A stretch of DNA of 64,000 bases. Source: Magallana gigas. Lineage: Eukaryota. Where the stretch lies: positions 47,802,001-47,866,000 of the forward strand of contig NC_088860.1 of the NCBI RefSeq assembly GCF_963853765.1, in the 5' to 3' direction. The notes under the pieces are model-generated. The model made no database searches. It saw only the letters and a list, made by a program, of their open reading frames with translations, and was not told the DNA's origin. The number at the start of each line of letters is the position of its first letter. Position 1 is the stretch's first letter. The position numbers were made by a program, and so were the translations under genes. Shown piece after piece: positions 11,898-23,345 of the stretch.

Positions 11898-13134
11898 ACA
11901 CAACTTTTGTTTGTTTATCATCATCACTGTTCATGACAACCAGGAGGTCACCAGAGGAGGTACTACAGACACTGCGAGGTTTCCACCCCCGTAGTCTGAT
12001 CACTGTCTGTATCTGTGTATTCTTCACTATGTTCACAGTTCTATCACCGTCATCAGTATAAACTAGATCCCCACTCCTTGTCACTGCTGTGTCCCGTGGA
12101 CCGTTCCCTGACTTGGTTTGGATGGACTCCACTAGTTCCCCCTGCAGGTTGAAGAGTTTCATCATGCTGTCATTACCACGCGTCCATACTTCTCTATCAT
12201 TCAGACAAGTCACACCATATATATATTCATACCCTGTGTCTAAAGCTGTGATGACCCGGGGTACATCCATTAGTGACCGGTCTGGGGGAGAGGACTCGGC
12301 TCCCTGGGGCGGCATGCTGTAGTCTTGTTCCTCTGTTGTAAAAGATAATGCGGACAGAGAACCAAACTGTTTAATCAGCTGATCTGTGTGGATTTCCTGA
12401 GGCCTAAAGTTTGGTAAGGACACTTTGAGTTTAGGAGGCAATCTTCTAAATTCAGCATTCCTGGACTTGTACTCAGAGACAAGGCTGACATCTTTAGAGT
12501 TCAGTAACTTCTTCAGTTCAGCAATGGTCTGTGTGATTTTAGAAATGGTGCGTGTGATTTCATCGTCCTGTTTATTCAGGACGACCAGGTGTTTGGATTC
12601 CATTTCTTCCACATTAGATTTCAGTTTTGTGATAATGATGTCTATTTCTCTGTGCCAGACTTTTCCTTGTTTGTCAATTGCTGTTGTCAATTTCCGGGAG
12701 TTTTTACTCAGATCAGCTTTCTGCACTGGGATGTCTGATGCAATCTCTTTGTATTTAGCATAAATGAATTTTTCTAATTCTTGCAAATCTTTTTGTAAAA
12801 TTTCTGTTTTGTTTTCAAAGCTTTGGAAAATGTCAACTTGTATATGACCTAAATGTTTTTTAGTAGAAATACACTTTGCACAAATAGGAATGTCACATTG
12901 TTCACAGTGGAGTTCACATTGTTTGGTGGGGTGTTTCCTACACTTGGGATAGTTCAGAGTGGTTAAGTATTGTTTAAGTGGCACCACATTATGGACTTTA
13001 GAGGAATCAGAGAAATGGGTCTCTACACAGTCTTTACACAGATGTATATGACAAACTTCACAGTACATGGGGGCCACAGAGTCCTGACACAGGGTGCAGC
13101 GTACAACATCCTGGGCACTGTTCCAGGGGTCCAT
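11467..13134 (-). CDS. RING-less TRIM-like protein (2 B-boxes, coiled coil, NHL beta-propeller), copy 1, 555 aa
   Basis: B-box1 CTLC...[13 protein letters not shown]; B-box2 CRKH...[13 protein letters not shown]...HLGH; heptad region; NHL blades such as [16 protein letters not shown] and [16 protein letters not shown]. Single intact coding exon. Confidence 0.93.
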
Positions 13135-13170
13135 GGTCAGGGAACCCTTGTAACTATAGGGGAACTAAAC

Positions 13171-13444
13171 CTGAAAAGTAATATTCAGTATGTATATATG
13201 ATGTATACGTTTATTATCTTGATTTGAGTAATTCTATCTCTATACATGTATTAGTAGGAATTAGAAATTCCATTGCATGCAGTACACTTTCATTTTTGGT
13301 CATACAATTTGAAAGTCATTTGCTTTTTTCTTTACTATTTATGAAAAAATTATGAATTTAACAAATATAAGGCATAAAAATCATTAGTCCAAAGATTTTA
13401 GATTATTTAGAAAACACAGTAAGAAGGTGGATTATAAAACTTAC
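13171..13444 (-). other. Predicted 5'-UTR intron of TRIM-like copy 1
   Basis: Minus-strand donor AG|GTAAGT at 13444 and acceptor TTACTTTTCAG at 13171, 36 nt upstream of the ATG; conserved in copy 2. Confidence 0.65.
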
Positions 13445-13767
13445 CTAACGCTACCCCATTGGTAAACTACAAATCTTCACGATCCAACATGGCAGGCGTC
13501 AGGTGTTTATTCTTCCTGGTTGGTTGCTACCTGTGCAAGTGACGTGATCAAATTAAATGCCAGTTACAAACTTGTGCTTGTATATGTGTTGGTCTAGAAT
13601 CGAGGTCACCCATTGTTGGGAGGTTTAAATATATCTGACATTCTTTATCACCGCTGAGCTATAGATATATTTAATTCAGCTTTAAAATGTAGGTTATTCA
13701 TTTGGTTTGATAATACATTGGGTTTTGTCTTAAGATTCTGCTGTTCAATAGATAGTTCTCTATAAAA

Positions 13768-13836
13768 GCTGATGTGGTGTAATGGTGCACACATTCCTTT
13801 GAGAATGAAGAGTGGGTTCAAATCCCACCATCAGCT
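13768..13836 (+). ncRNA. tRNA-like cloverleaf (Gln-TTG-like) with a 6-nt anticodon loop
   Basis: Acceptor stem GCTGATG/CATCAGC; D arm GTG-TAATGGTG-CAC; anticodon stem CATTC/GAATG around CTTTGA; variable loop AAGA; T arm GTGGG-TTCAAAT-CCCAC. A-box and B-box-like motifs present. The loop is one base short of canonical. Confidence 0.65.
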
Positions 13837-14080
13837 TACAAATTTAGTGAAGTATAAATGTATTTAAATGTGTAATGTGTGGATGTTTATATGAAGAAAA
13901 AAAGCGCAAATGTGACCTTATCAGCAATTAATTATTAAAGGTCATTGTGGTGAACAAAATTTGAACATTTTTACTGAAAATGCTTATCCAATTATATAAC
14001 TACATTGCATGTAGTTATGTCAGAGCGGATCTAGAGAAGGAAATGGAAGACAAGCATCAGGATACCCAACCCCTTGAAAA

Positions 14081-14992
14081 ACTAGAGGTACTGTGAGCAA
14101 GCTCACAATTGATACCCCCCGCTAAGATAAAAATCATAATGCGTGTATTTTTCCAATTATAGAAAATATTGGATGAATCTATTTCACCGTCTAATTTCTT
14201 TAAATAACAACTGCTCTATTTTTTTTTAAACTGTTGGTCATAAGCAATATTTGTGTGAAGTAAGAACATTCAATGCTTCTCCATAAGAAAGATAATGACC
14301 GGACACAAATTTTGCACTTTTTCTGCCAGTGACCTTAACCTTGCCCAAATGACCTAGGGTCAAGGTCATGACACACCCTTTGGTCCTAAGCAATATTTGT
14401 GTGAAGTTAGAACATTCAATGCTTCTCAATAAGAAAGATAATGACCGGACATGAATTTTGCACTTTTTTCCCAACGACCTTGACCTTGCCCAAATGACCT
14501 TGGATCAAGGTCATGACACACCCTTAGGTCATTAACAATCTTTGTATGAATTAAGATCTTCAAATGTTTCTCCATAAGAAAGATTTGGACCGGACAAAAA
14601 TTTTGCACTTTTTCTGCCAGTGACCTTGACCTTGCTCTAATGACCTTGGTTCAAGGTCATGACACACCCTAATGTCATAAGCAATCTTTGTATGAAGTAA
14701 GAACTTCCAATGTTTCTCCATAAGAAAGATATGGACCGGACACGAATTATATATTTTTTCTGCCAGTGACCTTGACCTTGCCCGAATGACCTTGGGTCAA
14801 GGTCATGACACACCCTTAGGTCATAAGCAATCTTTGTGTGAAGTAAGAACTTCCAATGTTTCTCCATAAGAAAGATATGGACCGGACACGATTGCACAGA
14901 CAGACGGACGGACAGACAGACGGACGGACGGACGGACAGACGGACAAGGTGATTCCTATATACCCCCGCAAACGAAGTTTGCGGGGGGTATA
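14081..14992 (-). mobile_element. Second Helentron/HINE-type element with ~146-bp internal tandem repeats
   Basis: Minus strand 5' end TATACCCCCCGCAAACTTCGTTTGCGGGGG followed by (GTCC)n and 4-5 repeats of ~146 bp; 3' end GCGGGGGGTATC plus the hairpin TGTGAGC-TT-GCTCACA. Empty site CCCTTGAAAAATAAAAATTACC near 39557-39578. Confidence 0.88.
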
Positions 14993-15368
14993 ATAAAAAT
15001 TACCAAATGAACATGCTAGACTTGTCAAAAATAAGTCTTAGACTACCCATCCCCACCCCCTGCAAGCAAGATCAGTATTCAGACCCACCATCCAACTATT
15101 ATGACAGATGTGCCATTTAGATTCCAGTGCAAACAATAACAACCCCCTGAGAAATTAAAGGTTATTTTGTTTGGGGCCTAGTTTTTTTTTATTAATATAA
15201 CAAATAATTCTCCGCCCCTAATTTCCATGGATGCGACCTATCGACCTCAGATTTCAGTCTGATGGAATGAGGGTGACGCGACACAGCCGGGTATCCAGCG
15301 TGGCTTGTTGTCCCGTGTCAGAGAAATCCGTGGGGCTGGTGGTGTCAGAAATATGTATATTGTGTCCT

Positions 15369-15811
15369 CAGGCTTGGGGCGAATTACATTGTAAAGTAAT
15401 GCATTACATTACCATTACTTCATGAATTAGGGCATTAAATTACCATTACCATAATGATTACTTTGTGAAAAGTCAATAAGTTTTAAAAGAGTAATTTAAA
15501 AGCTAAATAAAGAGTTTTTGTAAATGTTTCAAAAAATAAAACATGTTTATAAACATATTTACAGGTTCATGTTCACTATCAGGTTCAAATTTAATGACTT
15601 ATACAAGATTACTGTTGCACTATATGATCAAAGTTTCACAGGTTTAATCTTTCAACTGCATCCTGATCCTGTCGGGTGTGAAAATCTAAGATACATGTAT
15701 ATATATATATATTTTTTTGTTTAGGTAATAATAGAAAATATATGAATCTTGTATTTTCTATCAGTCCAAACTGTTGTACTTACATGTAATACATGTATAC
15801 AATTACATTAC

Positions 15812-15868
<57 letters not shown>

Positions 15869-16565
15869 TGTAAAATTATTATTTTCAAATGGTTCATAAT
15901 ACTGAAAGTAATTTTTAAGCTTCAAGAGATCCTGGTTGGACAGTGCATTCTTTTTATTGCATTCATTTTTGCTTTTAAATAAGGGTGTATGTCTGTTCTC
16001 CATTCTAATGTAGCCAATAGAAGGGTGGTTATGGGGTGTTTAGCACCTCTTTAAACAATAGAATGTTTTGATACTTAGAACAACACTGTGTACTGTTGAC
16101 ACATTCTTCACAGTAAAGAATTCATTGAATGTACATGTACAACTAATTGGAGTACATTTTTCAAATGATTTGAATTTCTTAATAAGACACTCTTAAAATG
16201 TTATGAAATTGTGTTGATATAGCTAGTTATATTGACAATTTAAGAATGGATTTTTAATTTTTTTTAACATGCTTAATCATACAACTAAAATATTTTTATC
16301 TCAAGAATTATTTTTCTTCTTTAAAAACAATTTTTAATCAAATACAGTTATTCAATTCATCACGATTTTACAAATAAACATGCATTGAAAAGCATAGTAA
16401 TGCAAAGTAATGCCATGTAATGCCAGCATTATACTAGATTTTGGAAGTAATGCATTACATTACCATTACTTGTAATGCTTAAATTACACATTACTAGCAT
16501 TACTTTGAAAATATGTAACGAATTGCAATGCATTACCATTACATTTAGCATTACCCCAAACCCTG
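15369..16565 (+). mobile_element. Non-autonomous TIR element (CAGG...CCTG), 7-bp TSD GTGTCCT
   Basis: Imperfect TIRs CAGGCTTGGGG / CCCCAAACCCTG, subterminal (CATTA)-like repeats, TSD at 15362-15368 and 16566-16572. Confidence 0.75.
15815..15866 (+). repeat. (AG)n microsatellite
   Basis: Perfect AG run; a shorter allele lies near 40375-40410. Confidence 0.95.
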
Positions 16566-18031
16566 GTGTCCTGGGATTTGATTCTTCTGAGTTGTGGAGT
16601 CAGTAAATACGATCTATTTTCTATGTTCAATGTAATCTGATTAAAGTACAATCCACTAAAGTGCAAGAGATATGATAATGACCCATTCCAGTTCATGTAT
16701 TGACGTAAGAATGAACTGAGTTGAGTTTCGTCATAATATAAAACTTATTAGTAAGACACTTTTCAATATACGACTTGCATTACAGATTGACTCCGAGCCA
16801 GGACCGGTGTAACGACGAAAAGTGACCCCCGTAGAATATTGACCCGCGGGTTAAATTTCTACGGAGAAAACTGATCCAGAGTCAGTGTGTTCTATGACAA
16901 GTAGGGTCCTTTTCCTACAGTAGAAAACCATTCAAGACCTGTAGATCTACGACCCCCACACGTTGAGAGCTGACCCCCATAGAATTTGACCTCACTTATA
17001 AACTACATAGAAATTAAAGGCGATACGTTTAGCATTCATGTTTTGTAAGTGTCCCCGGGGGGGGGGGGGGGATGCGCCTCCCGTTTTACCCTTTTACATA
17101 TATAACATCACTTTGAAGTTTTTATCTGAAGTACTTGTCAGCTTGCCTTGTGGCGCCCCTTCGCTAAGCCTTTTCAGGGTCCCCCCGGGGTATATATATG
17201 CATTATGATGTGCTCGCATGCGCTCTCTCTGCATTATGCTCGCTTTGCTAAATAGGCCCCATTATTATAACAGATGATTTAATAGACAAACCTAAACTTC
17301 ATGACTACGAATTGCATATTTTAGAAGAAGAAAAACAGAAGACGGATGTGAAATTTCGACAATTAAAGCAAATTTAGTATCTGTTCCATTTAGCTTAATC
17401 TGATTAAAATCAGATCCTCGATGCTCCTGGATGATTTTAATCAGATTGCTTGAAACCTCTTCTTTGACCTGATCTTAAAAACTGTTCAAGTCCCCATTGG
17501 TTCTTGGGAAGAAGGAAAACTTGAATATACGTCTCGATATGTTGGTGGCTGACGGCATTTGCTGACCCTTGTCCTACTATCACCTAGTGTTAAAGTAAGA
17601 CGTTGCTGGATACTAAGCTGCGTATATATATCGATTAGGTACGTCGTTGCTGCATGCTGATGCAAAAAACCTCCTCCAAAGCTTTCAGAAACTACTTTAA
17701 AAAACTGTCAAAAAGTTTTAAATGTACCATGAATATTGTTGCATTTTTCAACCCCTTCATTTTGAGGTCCGCAGACCTATGCTGAATATTTTTTCGTTAA
17801 TGCAAAACAATGATATTAGAATCCTAGGGCTATTTTTAAAAGTAGAACTTTGTATACCCCCCCCCCCTCCCCCAGCATGCCTCGGGCAAGCTTAATGGTA
17901 TTTATTCCGAGCCTCTCATCTAATTTAAATCTGGATCCGCGCATGTAGTCAACAGAAATAAATTATCCGGGAATCATTTCTGTTCACATTTGTTTCTACA
18001 TTTAGCTTGCATTTATTTACTTCCTATTAAA

Positions 18032-19085
18032 ATGGCGAAAAAATCGCAAAAACTACCTCAAACTTTCAGCGACGTGATTGATAAGTCGCAGAAGTTCTTT
18101 ACAAATGTTAACATATTTATTTTAAATGCTGGAATCGAAAAAGCTCGCTGTGATATATTACGAAGACAGACGGAGAGATTTGGTGGCACACTCGTGTCTG
18201 GGATAGAAGATTTAGGGGCAGATGATGCAGGATCGGGCTCTGTTGTCGTCGATGACAAAATGGAAGCAGACAGAATGTGTAGGCTTCTGAAAATAGATCA
18301 CCCTCCTCCATATGTGAAGACTGTAAAATCATCTTGGTTAAGCGCGTGCATTAAACAAAAGCAACTGGTAGACAGTGTCGCCTATGAATTATAGATATAT
18401 CTGGGTTAAGTCGAAAGAGAAAACATGAAAATAAAAGTGATACAGAGAGTGAAGAGGGTAAAGTTTCAGAGGAAAAGAAGGAAGTTAAGCCAGCCACAAT
18501 GTGGCATAGTTACAAGAAACCCAAGACCCAAGAAATTGAGGGAGAGGATCCAGACAGTGATTACGCCCCCAGTGATGGGGAGGGACCAGATGAAGTACAG
18601 GGACCTAGCGTCAGCGCTACCAGGCACGTAGCATCGTTTTTGAAAGTGGGGGGGGGGGCCAGACCCATCCAAAAAATCTTGACAAGCAGAAATAAAAAGG
18701 AAAATTAAAGTTTTCCAAAAATCTTCAAAATCCTAACCCGTGGGGGGGGGGGGGGGGGGGGGGGGGTACTAGACTAAACTTTCAAAAAAAAATTCTTCCG
18801 TACCAATTTTTTCCCCCTCCAAATCATCAAATTCCTAATCCGTGGGGGGGGGGGGGGGGGGGAGGTAACTTCAATTTGACTCCTCGTTTCCTTATTTTCA
18901 TATCAATTAGCAATTTTTTACTTACTTGGGGGGGCCAACTCCATTATAATTCATTTTTTATATGTAAATTTAAAAAAATTTGTTGCTGCAGCTATGCGAG
19001 AAAAAGTGGGGGGGGGGGGGGGGGGCAGGGCCCCCCTGATGCTACGTGCCTGGCTACATCATCAACATCACCAGAGAAGTTTTAA
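18032..19085 (+). pseudogene. POLL: DNA polymerase lambda-like 5' fragment (BRCT domain plus acidic/Ser-rich linker), disrupted
   Basis: FILNAGIEKARCDILRRQTERFGG...VVVDD...KSSWLSACIKQKQLVD matches the Pol lambda BRCT pattern as I recall it. Frameshift near 18390, MITE insertion at 18621-19052, stop after SPEKF, and no polymerase-domain exons seen downstream. Confidence 0.7.
18621..19052 (+). mobile_element. MITE with 15-bp TIRs and 5-bp TSD GCTAC; several poly-G tracts
   Basis: CAGGCACGTAGCATC / GATGCTACGTGCCTG; TSD at 18616-18620 and 19053-19057. Removing the element restores ...SVSATSSTSPEK. Confidence 0.92.
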
Positions 19086-19859
19086 AATTGCTGTTATTTG
19101 ACTTTTCATGTTAAAACTAATTTGAAGTATTGGTTCCTTAAGGTGGCTCTATACACCCACAGTTTATTCCAATTTTCAATGAAACACCACAAAACATATA
19201 CTTAGGCCTTTAAAAAAAAAGTTGTGTGTTTCGGGTAACCCGACCTAACCTACAAAAATGGCCCGATTCTACCATTTTTAGACAGTGTTTTCTGCATGGC
19301 GGTACCGCCATGCATTGAAGATCCCCCGCCATGCATCACACAGTGCCGCCATGCTTCCCGCTATGCATGTTTATTTCAAAGCAAAATTCTTTTTCCAATT
19401 ATTACTCATCTTAACTGTAATTAGTAGATATAAAGTTGTCGTTTCTCCGCTCAAACTTCAGAAAAACCTTTGCACCCGCAGTGAGCGCAGTTAATTTCGA
19501 CATCGATCTCAGCAAGGGGGCACACGTGGTTTACGGTTTAAGGGACTTAGCTTATGATTAATGCATGCTTTTATAAAATAATATTATTATTATAGGTTTT
19601 AAACTATTACTGGTGGTGAATTACCCCAGGGTTCAAATGCATCAGGTGGAAATGCACCAGGGCAAACAAAATCACTTAGATCCGCGAAGCACACTGCAAT
19701 ATTACTAGTCTACTTAGATATTCTGTGTAAAAGTAAATACACATAATTATTTAGTTAGGTAGGGAGAAGTGAACATAGCATTTATTAAGAGCTATTAAGA
19801 CATTTATTTGTAGGAAAGAGCATGTACGAATGATCTTTATTTAGAACAGTTTGATGTTG

Positions 19860-21594
19860 CTAGGATACAGGTTTCAGATCCATGATTTGATTGGTTAATT
19901 TAGATATTGAATCTCGAATCTCGTATTTCGAATCTCGTATTTTGAATCTCGAATCTCGAATGATCCTTCTCGGCTTTCGTACCAAAGAGTACTTACCAAC
20001 ACAATTAAGGTATTGCTGCCAATGCTCATCAAATTTGACAAACAAAACAAATGGTTGTGAGAATCTATGCCGACAGAGTTCTATGATATTTTGAACTCTG
20101 TGGTAACAGCCTATGTTGTAGAAATAAACACCCATAGAGAGAATTTGGGACACGGGGCCTATATTAGAAGACAGTCGTAACATGCTCATGACCATTTTGT
20201 TTGCTTTGTAACATGCTTTATTCCTGTTGCTTTTAGAGTGATTTGCCAGTATAAAGCCCGTCTGAACAAGAATGTCCGACAGCGCATGTTGTAATGCTAA
20301 ATTTTGGATACAAGAGAGTGGTATTTCAAATAGGTATGTGACTGCCCTTAGTATCACGTGACATTTTTCTTTAGAGTTAATGTAATAATCCTTTGGCATT
20401 ATTCTGTTAAAAATATATTTTTCCAACTTATATTGTGATAAAGCATGGCCTTCTGTGAAAGGTTTAACAAACAATGGATTATAAATTGCCGGCGCTAGAA
20501 TAGAATTCAAAGAAGGACTAAAAAGCAGACAGGCCACGCTTATTTCATAGTAATCATAAAGTTCGGAGAGCAACGCTTCGCGGGAAGCACCAACCACTTT
20601 GTGCATAAACATGTTGTTTTCTGGAACAAAGAAGTTTGGGCAGCAAGCATCAAATACACACTTACACAAACGTTTGAAACACATCCAGAAACAACAAAAT
20701 AAATTAGAAGGACACCAAATTATGTTGTCCGGATAGTTTTGAATCTCCCAGAACAAAATTGTTTTCAGAAAGTAGGAACAAATTAATGATTCTCGTTTTC
20801 CCAAACACAGAATTTCATTTAAAAATATTTTCAAAATCCCATAGCAAAGAAACTGAGTATGATTAAATGAATAAATAATTTTTTGTTCTGCTTGGGTAAA
20901 GGAAAGTCTCCATTCAAGTTCACTTTCATCAGAGCCTAAATTACCAATAGGCATAACATGACATCCTTTGGGTATGATATCATTAAGAACAATTTCGGTT
21001 GGCCATCGATTTAACTGGCATCTAGTTATCCAAGGTGTGGCTGTTTGAGGCCAATATTGACAAGCAATGCATCCACCGAAATCATTCTCAAAACCAAACG
21101 CATGAAAACTATTACAAGGTCCATGAGGTTGCACATTTTTTGCAATGGTCCCAAAACAGATAATTTCGTAACGTGTCTCTAAATTTTTTACTTGATAGGT
21201 AAAAACCATTGATATGATTTTCTGTCGACTGTAAAAAAACCATTATTTCTCCTTGAGTGTAATTCAAAAGTTTTAATCTCACAAAACCTGGAGGGGCGTC
21301 TGAATGTTCCATGAGTATTGAAAATATGTCGGAAACATTGAAATTGGACATCCCACAGATAACTTTACACCTAGTTGGCCAAAACATTACATCTATGTCT
21401 GATGATTTGAATATGAAACCTTCTCTATAACTACCACTTTGTACGAATATGACTCCCTCATTTAAATATACTCTTCTGTGTATAATCTCATCAACATCCA
21501 TTAGCTCCCTCCTGATGACTACTTCTGTGGGTGTCCCTATTTGACGACACAAACCCACGTACATGGCTTCCGATACCCGTCGACAATCATCCAT
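19860..21594 (-). pseudogene. Mab-21/cGAS-like receptor (cGLR) paralog A, frameshifted and 3'-truncated
   Basis: ATG at 21594, 8 nt after a CTGTAG acceptor. NTase motif SGSYREG...SSDIDVM, third Asp in ENDFGGCI, Mab-21 motifs EWRLSF and CSYFLKTILFW. Frameshift near 21160; C-terminus replaced near 19975 by (GAATCTC)-like repeats. Confidence 0.88.
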
Positions 21595-22505
21595 CTTGTA
21601 ATCTACAGTTGAACAACAAACAAAAAAGATGAAAAAAAAAAAACAAGACAAAACGCATTTAAATTTTTATGCTCAACAATACGGTTATTATACAGGGTCG
21701 TAGGAAAAATTTCCTTCAAAATTATGAACACTTTAAAATGTCATAATCAAATGGGTTACGGAAAGGTTTTAATAGTTTAAAGGTTAGGTTTTAATAATCT
21801 TTGATATGTGTTTTTAAAAATGAATCTTTTAATAATTACTAAAATCCAATTTTACTGGTCATGCAACATTCTCAAGGTCTACTATGAAGACACAAGGAAA
21901 TACTGAAATAACTATGATATCAGAGAGAACAAAAAGTCATAAAAAATGATCAAAAATAAAGTATTTGACAATTGTAATATGTACAAAAACCTGAAACTAC
22001 GTTAACAATTACCTCTGCATTAAACATCGTAGTAAAATAAGTCCAACAAAGTGTAATATAAACAACTTACTGATTGTAATGCACATATTGATTGGAAATC
22101 AAACTGTTAATTTTTTACTCATCAATTTTTGAAAATGACAAAATGCATTTTATAAATTAACGAAACATAGCCCCCAAGCAATTAGTGTACAATTTAATTT
22201 TGTTTATATGGCTTTCTTTTATTCAGCCTGTAATTTTTTAGAGGGTGTTTTTTTTAGTGTTTAATATACAAGTTTGAAATTTATTTACATAGGGAAGCCA
22301 ATTTAAATCCGCTTTTAAAAAGGACATACACTTTTAAATATTTAATTCTTTAGAACATGTGTTAAGAGGATGCTTATTTTATTTTTAAAAAGCAGCTGCT
22401 GCAATTTAATCTATATAATAAGTCAATGAATATGTAAAATGTTAAACGTGGGTCATAATTTCAGGCGGATCTGTAATTGTTAAAGTTTACTAGACATGAT
22501 CTCCA

Positions 22506-22507
<2 letters not shown>

Positions 22508-22552
<45 letters not shown>

Positions 22553-22568
22553 TCTCTATCTCTCTCTC
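22508..22568 (+). repeat. (CT)n microsatellite
   Basis: Near-perfect CT run. Confidence 0.95.
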
Positions 22569-22719
22569 TGTGACATTTTTATTTATTTATGAAAATGAAA
22601 TTTGTCAAATTGAAACAATGCCTTAATCACATACAATTCCAATAAGGTACAGTGAAAAAATAACAATAACAAACTGTCAACCATCTCAAAACCCATAAAA
22701 CGAAATTCAAATTCAAAGC

Positions 22720-23345
22720 AGAGCAACATGGACCTCGAAAAAGATAGAGGTACGATCAGGTGCCTAAGAGGAGTGAGCATCCTCTGCTGACCGGTCACAC
22801 CCGCCGTGTGCTCCTTGTCACAATTGGGCATGCCATGATTGAGGAAAATGTCAAAATCGGAAAAACGCATATTAGGGAAAAAACGAAGCGTTGATGATTT
22901 GGTTTGTTTGTGATGGTCAAAATACAAACATTGAGAAAACACGGACTTCCATTACATTAGATGTAGGATCAGGTGCATAGGCGGATTCAGCATGCTCTGC
23001 TGACCGGTCACCCCCCCCCACCCCCACCCCCACGTACTCTTTGTCGTAATCGAGGGAAAACACCGGAAAAGTCCGTAGAGAATTATGTGATTAAAAAACG
23101 TCTGTCAGCAGGCAACCCAGTGGAAGATTGTATTTGCTGACAAGGTCGTTGTATCGACCATAGAACTTACGAAAAAAATTACTTCAAACGAGACTGTTGA
23201 TAGTCCTGTTTTATCAACTTGTCTGTCAGTTGCTTGCCTCGCCGTAGATAGCTGTTCATACGAAGAGCATGTCATTGCGTACCGAATTAACTGAGAGAAA
23301 AACACACCATATGCAGGCGATGAAGGTATATTGCTAACCAAGTAT
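22720..23345 (-). mobile_element. Penelope-like retroelement relic (RT C-terminus plus two terminal-repeat motifs)
   Basis: SNIPSSPAYGVFFSQLIRYA.TCSSY, then in a shifted frame RGKQLTDKLIKQDYQQSRLK*FFRKFYGRYNDLVSKYNL. Motif GATCAGGTGC...TCTGCTGACCGGTCAC occurs at about 22754 and 22967. Family call is from recall. Confidence 0.55.

Larger units (their letters stand above)
1063..17195 (+). repeat. Segmental duplication, copy 1 (about 8-kb backbone plus private insertions)
   Basis: Colinear, near-identical match to 31939-45894, from GAGGAAAGTTTCTCG to CCCCCCGGGGTATAT, once the insertions at 2359-4857, 5200-9990 and 14081-14992 are removed. Confidence 0.95.

Noticed and set aside
13768-13836. Functional decoding tRNA-Gln, tRNA-Sec or NUMT
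   Set aside because: 6-nt anticodon loop, no long variable arm, no Pol III terminator and no flanking mitochondrial sequence; kept only as tRNA-like.
16484-16696. 70-aa ORF repeated four times (also 45165, 51834, 58497)
   Set aside because: Spans a MITE end and flank, has no recognisable motif, and recurs only because the DNA is duplicated.
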